Positions 20,498 through 29,839 of a stretch of DNA of 64,000 bases are shown here, in pieces (position 1 is the stretch's first letter; each line of letters begins with the position of its first letter). The translations under genes and the position numbers were made by a program. Source of the DNA: Planctomycetota bacterium (GTDB lineage: Bacteria > Planctomycetota > UBA1135 > UBA2386); assembly GCA_046290465.1 (NCBI GenBank), contig JBKAGP010000001.1, positions 3,520,001-3,584,000 on the forward strand, read 5' to 3'. Below the pieces are notes generated by a model, which made no database searches, was not told the origin of the DNA, and saw only the letters and a program-made list of their open reading frames with translations.

Positions 20498-20901
20498 GAC
20501 GGGTCCTCCTGGCGGTCGGCCCCTTCCTGGCGCTGCTCGGCGTCGGACACGGCGCGGCGCAGATCCTCGAGCTCGTCGAGCTCGATGTCGCCGGCGCGCA
20601 GCAGGTGGTTGACGAGTGCCAGCGGATCGCCGTCGAACAGGCGGGTGACGAGGTCGCCGACCAAGTTCTTCTGCACCAGCTCCGGGTCGACCTCGGCGCG
20701 ATAGAGGAAGCTGCGCCCCTGGCCGCGGTGCGACACGAGGCCCTTCTCCTCCATCTTGCGCAGCATCGTCGCGATCGTGGTCAGCGCCAGACCACGGTCG
20801 TGCAACGCCTTGTGCACTTGGGAAACCGGCGCCTCACCGCGCTCCCAGAGGGTGCGCAGGATGGCCAGTTGCAGATCGCCTAGGTTCTTCGGTCCCTGCA
20901 T
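20494..20901 (-). CDS. BlaI/MecI/CopY family transcriptional repressor
   Basis: LGDLQLAILRTLWERGE, LTTIATMLRKMEEKGLV, LFDG motifs. Confidence 0.93.
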   Translation of the reverse strand: MQGPKNLGDLQLAILRTLWERGEAPVSQVHKALHDRGLALTTIATMLRKMEEKGLVSHRGQGRSFLYRAEVDPELVQKNLVGDLVTRLFDGDPLALVNHLLRAGDIELDELEDLRRAVSDAEQRQEGADRQEDPS

Positions 20902-20912
20902 GAGCTTCGTCT

Positions 20913-20948
20913 GCTACCACAGTAGTCGGCCACAACTACTCCGGTAGT
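20913..20948. promoter_or_regulatory. Tandem BlaI-type operator palindromes (CTAC-N4-GTAG x2)
   Basis: GCTACcacaGTAGT (20913-20926) and ACTACtccgGTAGT (20935-20948), 22 bp apart, just upstream of the repressor start. Confidence 0.7.
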
Positions 20949-21033
20949 AGAGAAAGCTCCGCGATTTCTCGGCGATCGGGAAAAGTGCGCGGCGGCGCGC
21001 GGCCCCGATCGCGGCAGCGCCGGGCGCAGCGAC

Positions 21034-22083
21034 TCAGCCGCCGAGCGGCGCGACGATCGTCCAGAGCCCCGGGGAGACGCACAAGAAGCTGTTGATCGAC
21101 AGCGGGTCGAACACCACCCATTGGGTGTAGATCGACATGCCGACGTAGCCGGTGGTGCCCGGCAGGTTGATCGGCACCTGCGCCTGGCCGGCGCCCGCGC
21201 CGCCACCGACCGTCATCACGCCGATCGCGTTGACCGGGTTGGTCAGCAGGTCACAGGTCCCGGGCGGCAGCCCGAACAGCGACGTCAGGTCGACCGGGAA
21301 CGGCGCCGTGTTGGTGTCGCCGATGACCCAGAACGCCGTGCGCTGCGACGGCGCGTTGCCGATCCGGTTGACCCACGTGATCGCCGGTGAGGCGATCTGG
21401 TCGGCGGTGTTCTGCGGGATGACGTTGCCCTCGCACGGGCAGCCCGAACCGAACTCGATCATCACGCCCGGCCGCGCGTTGAAGCGCGTGACCATGCCCC
21501 AACCCTGCTGCACGGTGCCGTTGACGGCGCCCGGGTTGTTGTTCGCGTAGACGCGCGAGGTCTGGCCGATCAGCTGCGTGGTGCCGGCGTTGTTGAAGAA
21601 GAAGGTCTGGTTGCCGACGCTGTTGCCGGTGATCCGGATCTCGATCAGGATCGGCCGGAAGCGGTCCCACGTGAACAGGTTGGTGAACGGGATCGTGCAC
21701 GCGACCGAGCCGGTCGGACCGACCGTCAGGCTGACCTGGCCGGGCGGGAACGCCTGCACCGGGGTGCCGTCCCAGTTGTTGTCGAACGTGCCGAACACGC
21801 CCGAGAACTTGCCGTGGCCGATCAGCACCTCGCAGTTGACCGTCACCGGCTGTGGCGCCTGCGCGTTGTTTGAGCCGCACAGGAACTGGACCTGCTGGAT
21901 GCGCATCGGCTCGGTGATCGCCCCGGTCAGCACCGGCGTCGGGTTGTACCACTGCTGGTAGCGGCCAAGGCCCCCGGCGAACGGACGGTCGATGTTCGTC
22001 GGCGAAGCGAGGTTCGGGTGGTCGACGATGACCTGGGCGCTGGCGGTGGCCGCCAGGAGACAGGTGAGCAGGAATGCGCGCAT
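21034..22083 (-). CDS. Secreted hypothetical protein with conserved-looking C-terminal beta domain
   Basis: Signal peptide ATASA-Q; Asn/Thr/Gly-rich; ends SIYTQWVVFDP...VSPGLWTIV. Confidence 0.75.
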   Translation of the reverse strand: MRAFLLTCLLAATASAQVIVDHPNLASPTNIDRPFAGGLGRYQQWYNPTPVLTGAITEPMRIQQVQFLCGSNNAQAPQPVTVNCEVLIGHGKFSGVFGTFDNNWDGTPVQAFPPGQVSLTVGPTGSVACTIPFTNLFTWDRFRPILIEIRITGNSVGNQTFFFNNAGTTQLIGQTSRVYANNNPGAVNGTVQQGWGMVTRFNARPGVMIEFGSGCPCEGNVIPQNTADQIASPAITWVNRIGNAPSQRTAFWVIGDTNTAPFPVDLTSLFGLPPGTCDLLTNPVNAIGVMTVGGGAGAGQAQVPINLPGTTGYVGMSIYTQWVVFDPLSINSFLCVSPGLWTIVAPLGG

Positions 22084-22349
22084 ATGGAGAAAGGGGGCCG
22101 AAGGCAGCTCGGCCAGAGGCAGTGTAGCGGATTGCGGCCCGGCGAGGCGCCAGGGGCGCGGGCGAAGAACGCCGTGCGGCCGCTCCGACCAGGGCTAGTC
22201 CGCGACCGGGAACGGGCAACACGCCCCTCGCAAGGACGCCTCCGTGCACGGTGTGGCGCAAGGAGCGGGAGTGTCGCAGTGGGACGCTCCTCCGGAGCGG
22301 ACGAGGCATGGTCGAAAAAGCCGCGACAGGACGAGCGGCCGATCGGACA

Positions 22350-22374
22350 CGAATGCGAACGAGAATCGCATTCG
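22350..22374. promoter_or_regulatory. Putative TetR operator
   Basis: CGAATGCGA-N7-TCGCATTCG perfect 9-bp arms, ending 3 bp before the inferred TTG start. Confidence 0.6.
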
Positions 22375-22376
22375 CT

Positions 22377-23036
22377 TTGAGTTCGACCCCCGACAGCCCG
22401 TCCGACTTCGCCAAGACGACCTCGCAGGAGCGCAGCGCGGCGACCGCGCAGCGCATCCTGCAGGCCGCGGCGGACATCTTCGAAGCGGGTGGGTTCGACA
22501 CCACGCCGGTCGCCGAGATCGCCCGGCGGGCCGGGGTCTCGGTCGGCGGCCTCTACCGCCGCTACCAGAACAAGGCCGACCTGCAGCGCGCGGTCGCGGA
22601 GGCGCGCATGGTCCGCTTCCGCCGGATCTTCGCCGACGCGCTGCAGCCCGACGAACTCGGGGCGGCCGACGCCGCCGATGTCGTGCGGCGCTACGCCGCG
22701 TGCCTGGTCGACTTCATGAGCGGCCCGGACCGCGGCGTGCTGCGCCGCCTCGCGCTGCTGCTGCGCAGCGACCGCGACCTGCCGGCCAGCCAGACCCTGC
22801 AACAACACAACCGGGCCGTGCACGGCATGTTCGCCGCCGCGCTGATGGCGCGCCGTGACCAATTCGACGTTCCCGACCCGGACACCGCGATCGAGTTCGC
22901 CGACCTCGCGATGAGCGCCGCGGCGCGCGAGTCGCTGCTGCACGACGGCCTCCGCGACCTCCCCGACCACGACGAGATGGTCGACCGCCTGACCGCGCTC
23001 GGCTGCGCCTACCTGCAGATTCCCTACCGACGATGA
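22377..23036 (+). CDS. TetR/AcrR family transcriptional regulator
   Basis: QERSAATAQRILQAA...IARRAGVSVGGLYRRYQNK helix-turn-helix; start uncertain. Confidence 0.9.
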   Translation: MSSTPDSPSDFAKTTSQERSAATAQRILQAAADIFEAGGFDTTPVAEIARRAGVSVGGLYRRYQNKADLQRAVAEARMVRFRRIFADALQPDELGAADAADVVRRYAACLVDFMSGPDRGVLRRLALLLRSDRDLPASQTLQQHNRAVHGMFAAALMARRDQFDVPDPDTAIEFADLAMSAAARESLLHDGLRDLPDHDEMVDRLTALGCAYLQIPYRR

Positions 23037-24517
23037 ACACCTCCCGCACCTTCGCCACGTTCCTGCTGCCCGCGATCCTGTTGCTGACGTCCGTCGCCGC
23101 GACCCAGTCCGGCCCCGACCCGCTGGTCGGTCCGTGGCGCGGCACTCTGCTCGTCGGCATCGCCAAGCTCGAGGTCGTGCTGCACATCGAGCGGCAGGAC
23201 GACGGCTACCACGCGACGTTCGACAGCGTCACGCAGGGCGCACGCGGCATCCCGGTCGCGTCGCTCGCGCGCGAGGGCGACACGGTGACGGCCAAGCTGC
23301 CGCGCATCGGCGCGGAGTACGTCGCGACCTTCGTGGCGGCAACCGACGGCGCCGCGGCCCGGCTCGACGGAACGTGGAAGCAGGGCGGACGTTCGCTCGA
23401 CCTCGACCTCGAGCCCGGTGGTGAGAAGCCGCTGAACCGGCCACAGCACCCGACCGGGGAGGTGCCGTACGGCGTCGAGGAGGTGGCGTTCGGACACGAC
23501 CCGAAGCAGCCGCTGGCCGAGTCGTTCGTCGTCGGCCAGGGCGCACCGGTCACGCTGGCCGCGACGCTGACGCTGCCGCGCGGCGACGGGCCGCACCCGG
23601 TCGCGGTGATGATCAGCGGCAGCGGCCCGCAGGACCGCGACGAATCGCTGCTCGGCCACAAGCCGTTCTGGGTGATCGCCGACCACCTGACCCGCAACGG
23701 CGTCGCCGTGCTGCGCTACGACGACCGCGGCACCGCCGGCTCGACCGGCGACTTCGCCGCGGCAACGTCGGCCGACTTCGCCGTCGACGCGCGCGCCGCG
23801 CTGCGCTACCTGCGCACGCGCGACGACATCGACCACGCCCGCATGGGCCTGATCGGACACAGCGAAGGCGGCCTGATCGCGCCGATGGTGGCCGCGGGAC
23901 CGGACCGCGACCTGGTCGCGTTCGCGGTGCTGCTGGCTCCCCCCGCGGTCAACATCCGCGACGTCATCACACGACAGAGCGCGCTGATCGGCGCGGCCGA
24001 GGGCGGCGATCCCGACGAGGTGGCACTCGACGCCGAGATGAGCGGTGCCGCGCTCGCCGCGGTCGCTGCCAACCGCGACGACGCGAAGGCGCGCGAAGCC
24101 GCGCTGCAGGCGATCGCCGACGAGTACTGGCCGAAGTTGCCGGAGGAGTCGCGCAAGCAGGTCGGCGGCACGCCCGCCGACCTCGCCAAGATGATGCAGC
24201 GCCTGAACACGCCGTGGATGAACTGGCTCGTGCACCACGACCCGGTGCCGACGCTGAAGGCGATGCGCTGTGAGGTGCTGGCGCTGTTCGGCGGCAAGGA
24301 CCTGCAGGTCGAGCCCGCCCAGAACGTCCCGCCGCTCGAGGCAGCGCTGGCCGGCCGCCAACCGAAGGCCACCATCGTGACCATCGACGGCGTCAACCAC
24401 CTCTTCCAGCACACCGAGACCGGCAAGCCCTCCGAGTACGGCGACCTCGAGGAGACGTTCGCGCCAAAGGCCCTGCAGACCATCCAGCACTGGCTCGATC
24501 GCATCCTGAAGCGCTGA
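23033..24517 (+). CDS. Secreted alpha/beta-fold hydrolase (S9/S15-like)
   Basis: SGSGPQDRDE, RYDDRG, GHSEGG, GKDLQV, NHLFQ; ATGA overlap with the TetR gene. Confidence 0.9.
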   Translation: MNTSRTFATFLLPAILLLTSVAATQSGPDPLVGPWRGTLLVGIAKLEVVLHIERQDDGYHATFDSVTQGARGIPVASLAREGDTVTAKLPRIGAEYVATFVAATDGAAARLDGTWKQGGRSLDLDLEPGGEKPLNRPQHPTGEVPYGVEEVAFGHDPKQPLAESFVVGQGAPVTLAATLTLPRGDGPHPVAVMISGSGPQDRDESLLGHKPFWVIADHLTRNGVAVLRYDDRGTAGSTGDFAAATSADFAVDARAALRYLRTRDDIDHARMGLIGHSEGGLIAPMVAAGPDRDLVAFAVLLAPPAVNIRDVITRQSALIGAAEGGDPDEVALDAEMSGAALAAVAANRDDAKAREAALQAIADEYWPKLPEESRKQVGGTPADLAKMMQRLNTPWMNWLVHHDPVPTLKAMRCEVLALFGGKDLQVEPAQNVPPLEAALAGRQPKATIVTIDGVNHLFQHTETGKPSEYGDLEETFAPKALQTIQHWLDRILKR

Positions 24518-24598
24518 CACCGCATACCGAACCGGGTTCATCCTGCGCCACTTGTCGCGCACGTGGCGCAGGATGAACCCGGTTCGGTATGCGGTGTC
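24516..24598. repeat. Perfect 36-bp inverted repeat (REP/MITE-like) between convergent genes
   Basis: GACACCGCATACCGAACCGGGTTCATCCTGCGCCAC, 11-nt loop, then exact reverse complement. Confidence 0.95.
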
Positions 24599-24600
24599 GG

Positions 24601-26793
24601 TCAGAAGCGGAGGGTGTGGGCGATCTTGAGGTTGACGGCTTGTTCGGTCGGGACGATCGACTCGTCCTCGGTGCGCTGCCAGGTCGAGCCTACGACGAAG
24701 AAGAACTCGCGGCCGGGCTCGTAGATCCAGCGCAGCCGGCTCTGCCAGCCGATCGCGTTCGACTCGTTGTCGTACTGCAGCAGGTTGCGCAAGCTAAGCT
24801 CCGGCGAAAAGAACAGGTCGAGGGTGCTCGCCGCGATGTGCGTGGTGAAGCTGCCGTCCTGCTTCAGGTCGACGTCGGTGGTTCGATACTCCATGCCGAC
24901 CTGCAGCAGCGGCGACGTGCGCCAGTCGACCTCGAGCACCCCGCTCGTGCTGGTGCCGCCGAAGAAGTCGCCGTGCGAGACGCTCGCCTGGCCGCTCACC
25001 GGTCGCCCCTCGCTGCCGCGGAAGCGCAACGTGCTGCGCGTGTTCCAGTAGTCGCCGGCGCGGACCAGGCCGCGCGGCGCCTCGCCGTCCCGTTCGAACA
25101 GTGTGAAGTCGTTGAACACGCGGTCGAACCGACGGTCGACGGTGAGCGTGACGCGATCGTCGTTCTGGAACTGCACCCCGATCTCGTCGAGACGGAAGCC
25201 GACCTCCTGGGGCGCCCCTTCCCACCGCTCCGCGCGGCTGGTGCTGACGGCGAACAGATAGCGACGGATCACGCTGCCCGGTGCAACGCGCGGACGGTAG
25301 CCGACCTGCAGCTCCGACTGGCGGATGCCGCGCCGCGACACGAAGCCGAGCGCCGGCTGGAAGTCGTCCGAGACCCAGCGCGTGCCGGCCTGCGCGGTCC
25401 ACTCCTGCCCGCGCGCCTCGAGGTCCACGCCGAAGCTCTCGCCGTCGTCGTCCAACCCTTCGCCGGTCGAGCCGACCGCGTCAATGTTGATCTGCAGGTC
25501 CATGTCCCCGACGAACTCGGGGATGCGGTGGTAGAAGTCGACGCCGAACACGCTGTTGGCACCGGTGCTCTGGGGATTGCCGTTGGTGCCGATCAGGCCG
25601 ACCGTGGTCTGCTCGCCGAGCGCGTACTTGACCCGCGCGACCGCGAGGTTCTCCTCGTCGGTGGTCTCGGTGCCGTCGACCTGCGTGTCGATCAGGCCCA
25701 CCTCGAACGGTCCGGCCTCGCCCTGCAGCTTCATGCCCCACAGGATCGGCACCGGCGAACCGGAGATCAGGCCGATGCGCCGCGTGAAGTACGGCAAAAA
25801 CCGCGTGCCGCCCGCGAACTGCGAACCGAACGTGTAGTAGCTCTCGCCGTCGAGGAAGAAGTCGCGCTTCTCGGGGAAGAACAGCGGGAAGCGGTTGAGG
25901 TTGATCTGACGACCGTCGTTCTCGGTCTGCGCGAAGTCGGTCAGGATCGTCGTCGCGAACGTCATCGACGGCGACACGCGGTAGTAGATCTCGCCACCGG
26001 CGTCGGGGTCGAAGTCCCAGTCGCTGTCCGCCGCAGAACGGTCGCGCGTGATCCCCGCCGCCAGATACGGAACGACCTCGAGGCCGATGCCGCCGTCGAC
26101 CTCACCGAGCCCGGTCATCGTGCCGAACTCGCTGACGCGGAAGAACGGCACCGACTGGCTCGGGTTGGCCCATTGGTATTCCTCGTTGCGGTCGCGCATG
26201 TAGCGCTTCAAGTTGAAGCCCCACGAGCGCGCGCCCTGCTTGCGCGGAATGCTGCGGAACGGGATCGCCAGCTCCGCAACCCAGCCGTCGTCGGTGCGGC
26301 GCGCCTGCGCCCGCCACAGCGCGTCCCAGGGCTTGTTGAAGCGCGTGCCGTTCGCCGACACGATCGCATCGCCGAGCGATCCGCCGGCACCGATCTGGAA
26401 GAAGTAGGCGGTGCGGCGGTTCTCGAACGGATCGATCAGGATCTCGATGCGGTCGTCGGGGTCGAGCCGCGCGTCGCGGACCCGCTGGCTGTCGCGCACG
26501 GTCGCCGGGTCCTGCTCGCACCAGATGCTCATGTAGAGGTTCTGGCGGTCGTGCAGGAGCTTGATGATGGTCTGCTCCTTCGGTCGGCGGCCGACCCACG
26601 GCTCGACCATCACCAGCTCGCCGATCGCCGGCGCCCCCTTCCAGCAGGCATCGTCGAGCAGGCCGTCGATGCGCGGCGCATGCTCGACCTCGACGCGACC
26701 CACCTGGCAGGTTCGCCGGGTCCCGTCGCCCTGCGAGAGCAGCGCGGACGCGGCGCTGAGCGACAGCAGCAAGCGGGCGAGTGGCAACGACAT
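24601..26793 (-). CDS. CBM9-like/DUF5916 outer-membrane protein
   Basis: PRIDGLLDDACW, GWVAELAIPF, DFAQTE.D...INL.RF.LFFPEKRDFF, TRRIG; C-terminal Phe. Confidence 0.88.
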   Translation of the reverse strand: MSLPLARLLLSLSAASALLSQGDGTRRTCQVGRVEVEHAPRIDGLLDDACWKGAPAIGELVMVEPWVGRRPKEQTIIKLLHDRQNLYMSIWCEQDPATVRDSQRVRDARLDPDDRIEILIDPFENRRTAYFFQIGAGGSLGDAIVSANGTRFNKPWDALWRAQARRTDDGWVAELAIPFRSIPRKQGARSWGFNLKRYMRDRNEEYQWANPSQSVPFFRVSEFGTMTGLGEVDGGIGLEVVPYLAAGITRDRSAADSDWDFDPDAGGEIYYRVSPSMTFATTILTDFAQTENDGRQINLNRFPLFFPEKRDFFLDGESYYTFGSQFAGGTRFLPYFTRRIGLISGSPVPILWGMKLQGEAGPFEVGLIDTQVDGTETTDEENLAVARVKYALGEQTTVGLIGTNGNPQSTGANSVFGVDFYHRIPEFVGDMDLQINIDAVGSTGEGLDDDGESFGVDLEARGQEWTAQAGTRWVSDDFQPALGFVSRRGIRQSELQVGYRPRVAPGSVIRRYLFAVSTSRAERWEGAPQEVGFRLDEIGVQFQNDDRVTLTVDRRFDRVFNDFTLFERDGEAPRGLVRAGDYWNTRSTLRFRGSEGRPVSGQASVSHGDFFGGTSTSGVLEVDWRTSPLLQVGMEYRTTDVDLKQDGSFTTHIAASTLDLFFSPELSLRNLLQYDNESNAIGWQSRLRWIYEPGREFFFVVGSTWQRTEDESIVPTEQAVNLKIAHTLRF

Positions 26794-26882
26794 CGGGCCG
26801 AGCACCCTACGGATCCGCGCCCCGTTGGGATGCGCTTTTTTGCACCGCGAACGTCGCGACTCCCCCGGGTTACATTCGCCCA

Positions 26883-27584
26883 GTGAGCGACGACCTCTGG
26901 TATCCGATCACCCGGCCGACCAGCCGCGGTGGTGCGTTCCGCAGCGCGCTCGGCCTCACCTGGCCCGACCTCGCCGACGCTCCGCGTTGGCTCGACGGCA
27001 TGGGCGAAGCGGGCGTGCTCGACGAGCACGAGGTCCGGCAGTTCGGCTCCTGGATCGACGACGGCTTCCTGCAGCTGCCCGGCGCCATCCCGACCGCCGA
27101 CGTCGACGCGCAGCACATGCACCAGGACACGGCCTACGTACCGGTCAACTCCCCGATGGAGATGGTCGGCGTATGGATCGCACTGGAAGACGTGCAGCCC
27201 GGCACCGGCGAACTGCAGTACTTTGTCGGCAGCCACCGCATTCCCGAGTATCGCTTCGACGGCAGGTGGCGCAGAAAGCGCTCGGACGACCCGGACGACG
27301 AGCCGTTCCTGCGTCACGTCTACGAGCAGTCGGTCGCCGCAGGCTGCGAGTTGGTGCGGTTCCTGCCGAAGAAGGGCGATGTGCTGGTCTGGCACGCCGA
27401 CCTCGTGCACGGCGGCGCGCAGGACGGTCGCGAGGGCGCGACCCGCAAGAGCTTCGTCACCCACTTCTGTCCGAGCGACGTGATGCCCGGCTGGATGCGC
27501 GACGGAGTCCCCCATTCGGAGATCCGACGACACGAATCGCTGGGCGCATACACCTGCTACCTCGACTACGCCCAGCAGGTCTGA
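26883..27584 (+). CDS. Phytanoyl-CoA dioxygenase (PhyH) family protein, apparently internally shortened
   Basis: HQD, VWIALED, GSH, KGDVLVWHADLVHGG, TRKS motifs; GTG start inferred. Confidence 0.8.
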   Translation: MSDDLWYPITRPTSRGGAFRSALGLTWPDLADAPRWLDGMGEAGVLDEHEVRQFGSWIDDGFLQLPGAIPTADVDAQHMHQDTAYVPVNSPMEMVGVWIALEDVQPGTGELQYFVGSHRIPEYRFDGRWRRKRSDDPDDEPFLRHVYEQSVAAGCELVRFLPKKGDVLVWHADLVHGGAQDGREGATRKSFVTHFCPSDVMPGWMRDGVPHSEIRRHESLGAYTCYLDYAQQV

Positions 27585-27938
27585 CCGGCGCCATTCGCAC
27601 GAATTTCGGCGGTTTTCGCACGCCATGCGCGAGCTGGGGTCGTCCCCGACCGCCCGGTGCAACCGGTTTCGGACAAGGCTCGTAGCGACACAGGCATTGC
27701 CACGGGTCGCGCTCGCGGCGCAAGGACCCGGGGGGAAACCTCCATTATCAACGCCCATAGCGCGCGACGAAGTGCCACCTAACAGCCCAGAGGCGGCGCT
27801 CGCGCGATCACGGCGCGAGGTGCCACTGCCGAAACGGTAGCGGATGTAGGTGAGCGCACGGAAACGCTCACGCCGGAGGCGCAGACGCGTTCACGCGTTC
27901 GCGCGCGGCGCCGCCTGATTGGGTCGGGGAGGATCCAC

Positions 27939-29819
27939 ATGCACGGAATCCGACGTTGCGCGAAGCCGTTCGCGTCTCGGCCGAAGCCATTCGGTCCAGA
28001 CACGGACGCCGTCGCCTTCTCCCGCAGCACGCTGGCGCGGTTCTGCCGCGCCGGCCTCGGCTGCGCCTTCGTGTCCGCGGCCGCAGCTCAGGCGCCGCAG
28101 CCGTTCTTGCCGCCAAAGGCAGAACCGCACTTCTCGCTGTCCGCGCAGATCGCGGCGCTCGACCTCAACCGCGACGGCAGCGCCGACGTGCTGTCGCCAG
28201 GGTTGTTCTTCGGCAGCGTGCTCGCGACGCTCGACGAGCACGGCAACACGCTGGCCAAGTCCAACCTCAACGTCGGCATCGCGACCAACCTGCGCTCGCC
28301 GATCGTGCCGACGCCGGTGACGATGGCCAGCGGCGACCTCGACCACGACGGTCGCCGCGACCTCGTGTTCACGCTCGCCGACGGCACGCTGCACCTGCAG
28401 CGCAACCTCGGCGCGACGCGCATCGACCAGCCGAACTTCGCGCCGGCCCAGGCGATCGACTACCTCGGCAGCATGCTGCCGACCAACCCGCCGTTCGCGA
28501 TCGCGACGTTCGCAGCGCTGAAGGTGCTCGACCTCAACGGCGACGGCCTCAACGACATCGTGCTCGGCTGCGGCCTGCACGACACGTGGAGCGCGTTCGC
28601 CGGTCAGGGCGTCGTCGCCGTCTACCTCGCCAACGGCAATGGCGGCTTCCAACCGATCCGCTACCAGACCACCGGCAGCATCTCCGACATCGAGTGGGCC
28701 GACATCGACGGGGATGGCCAGCCCGACCACCTGGTGGTGCTGCAGGAATCCGGCGCCGCCGGCGCCTACCTGCACGAGATGCTGCACCTCAGCCTGCAGA
28801 ACGGCACGCTGGTGTCGAGCAAGCCGCCGCTGCTGCTCGGCCCCGGCCGTCCGGTCGCGCTCGAGGTCGGCGACGTCGACCTCGACGGCCTGCCCGACTA
28901 CGTGGTCGCGATGCTGCACTCGGGCGGCGGTGCGGTCGACTCGAGCGTGGTCTGCTTTGCCGGCGACGGCAACGGCACGCCGAACGTCGGCACGTTCCAG
29001 ACGCTGCCGCTGCCGGCGATGACGACGCTCGGCTCGTACATCCCATCGGTGCAGGTCGAGGACTTCAACCGCGACGGCGTGCTCGACGTCGCCTGCGTGC
29101 GAGGCCACATCACCACCTACCCGACGCTCACCCAGCTGGCGCACACGGGCGCTGCCGAGGTCTACGTCTGCATGGGGCCGACGCCGTTCAACGCCACGGC
29201 GGAGTCGCTCGCGCTCGACGGCGCCTGCTACTTCGGCCACTGCCTCAAGTGGTCGTGCAACGTGCTGCCGCTGCGGACGGAACCCGACCAGCTGCGCGTG
29301 CTCGACCTCGGCAGCGACGGCAACCCGGACTTGATGATGTCGGCGATCCGGCCCGTGGCGCAGCCGACCACGATCGAACGCATCACGCTGTGCAACGGCA
29401 CGCCGCCGCAGTTCGGGGACTGCGCGTTCGTCAAGGTCGGCGACCCGTCCGGCGGGGACCCACAGCTCCCCGCGCGGATCGGCTTCGACGGCGGCGAGCC
29501 GCGCCTCGGCAACGGGTCGTTCGCGTGCACCATCCAGAACCTGCACGCCAACTGCCTGTGCGGGCTGATGTGGGGACCGTACGGGATGGCCAACATCGCC
29601 AACGTCTACGGCTTCGACCTGCACATCGGGCCGCAGGAGTTCGGCTACGCGACGATCAGCAGCGGACCGCCGAACCGCGCCTTCGCCAGCTACGCGCTGC
29701 CGATCCCCAACGATCCGTCGCTGATCGGCGACGCCGGCTACTTCCAGTTCAACTACTACGACCCGGCGGTCGGCGCCTTCGGTGCGACCCAGGCGACCGG
29801 CGTCTGGATCGGGAGCTGA
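27939..29819 (+). CDS. Secreted FG-GAP/VCBS repeat beta-propeller protein
   Basis: Seven DxxxDGxxD repeats; GGAGG RBS; C-terminal LPIPNDPSLIG...Q....DP domain. Confidence 0.85.
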   Translation: MHGIRRCAKPFASRPKPFGPDTDAVAFSRSTLARFCRAGLGCAFVSAAAAQAPQPFLPPKAEPHFSLSAQIAALDLNRDGSADVLSPGLFFGSVLATLDEHGNTLAKSNLNVGIATNLRSPIVPTPVTMASGDLDHDGRRDLVFTLADGTLHLQRNLGATRIDQPNFAPAQAIDYLGSMLPTNPPFAIATFAALKVLDLNGDGLNDIVLGCGLHDTWSAFAGQGVVAVYLANGNGGFQPIRYQTTGSISDIEWADIDGDGQPDHLVVLQESGAAGAYLHEMLHLSLQNGTLVSSKPPLLLGPGRPVALEVGDVDLDGLPDYVVAMLHSGGGAVDSSVVCFAGDGNGTPNVGTFQTLPLPAMTTLGSYIPSVQVEDFNRDGVLDVACVRGHITTYPTLTQLAHTGAAEVYVCMGPTPFNATAESLALDGACYFGHCLKWSCNVLPLRTEPDQLRVLDLGSDGNPDLMMSAIRPVAQPTTIERITLCNGTPPQFGDCAFVKVGDPSGGDPQLPARIGFDGGEPRLGNGSFACTIQNLHANCLCGLMWGPYGMANIANVYGFDLHIGPQEFGYATISSGPPNRAFASYALPIPNDPSLIGDAGYFQFNYYDPAVGAFGATQATGVWIGS

Positions 29820-29839
29820 GCTTCGCGATAGTCGGGCGC

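Noticed and set aside
27820..27880. Cobalamin riboswitch (GCCACTG)
   Set aside because: Other B12-box elements absent; downstream gene unrelated
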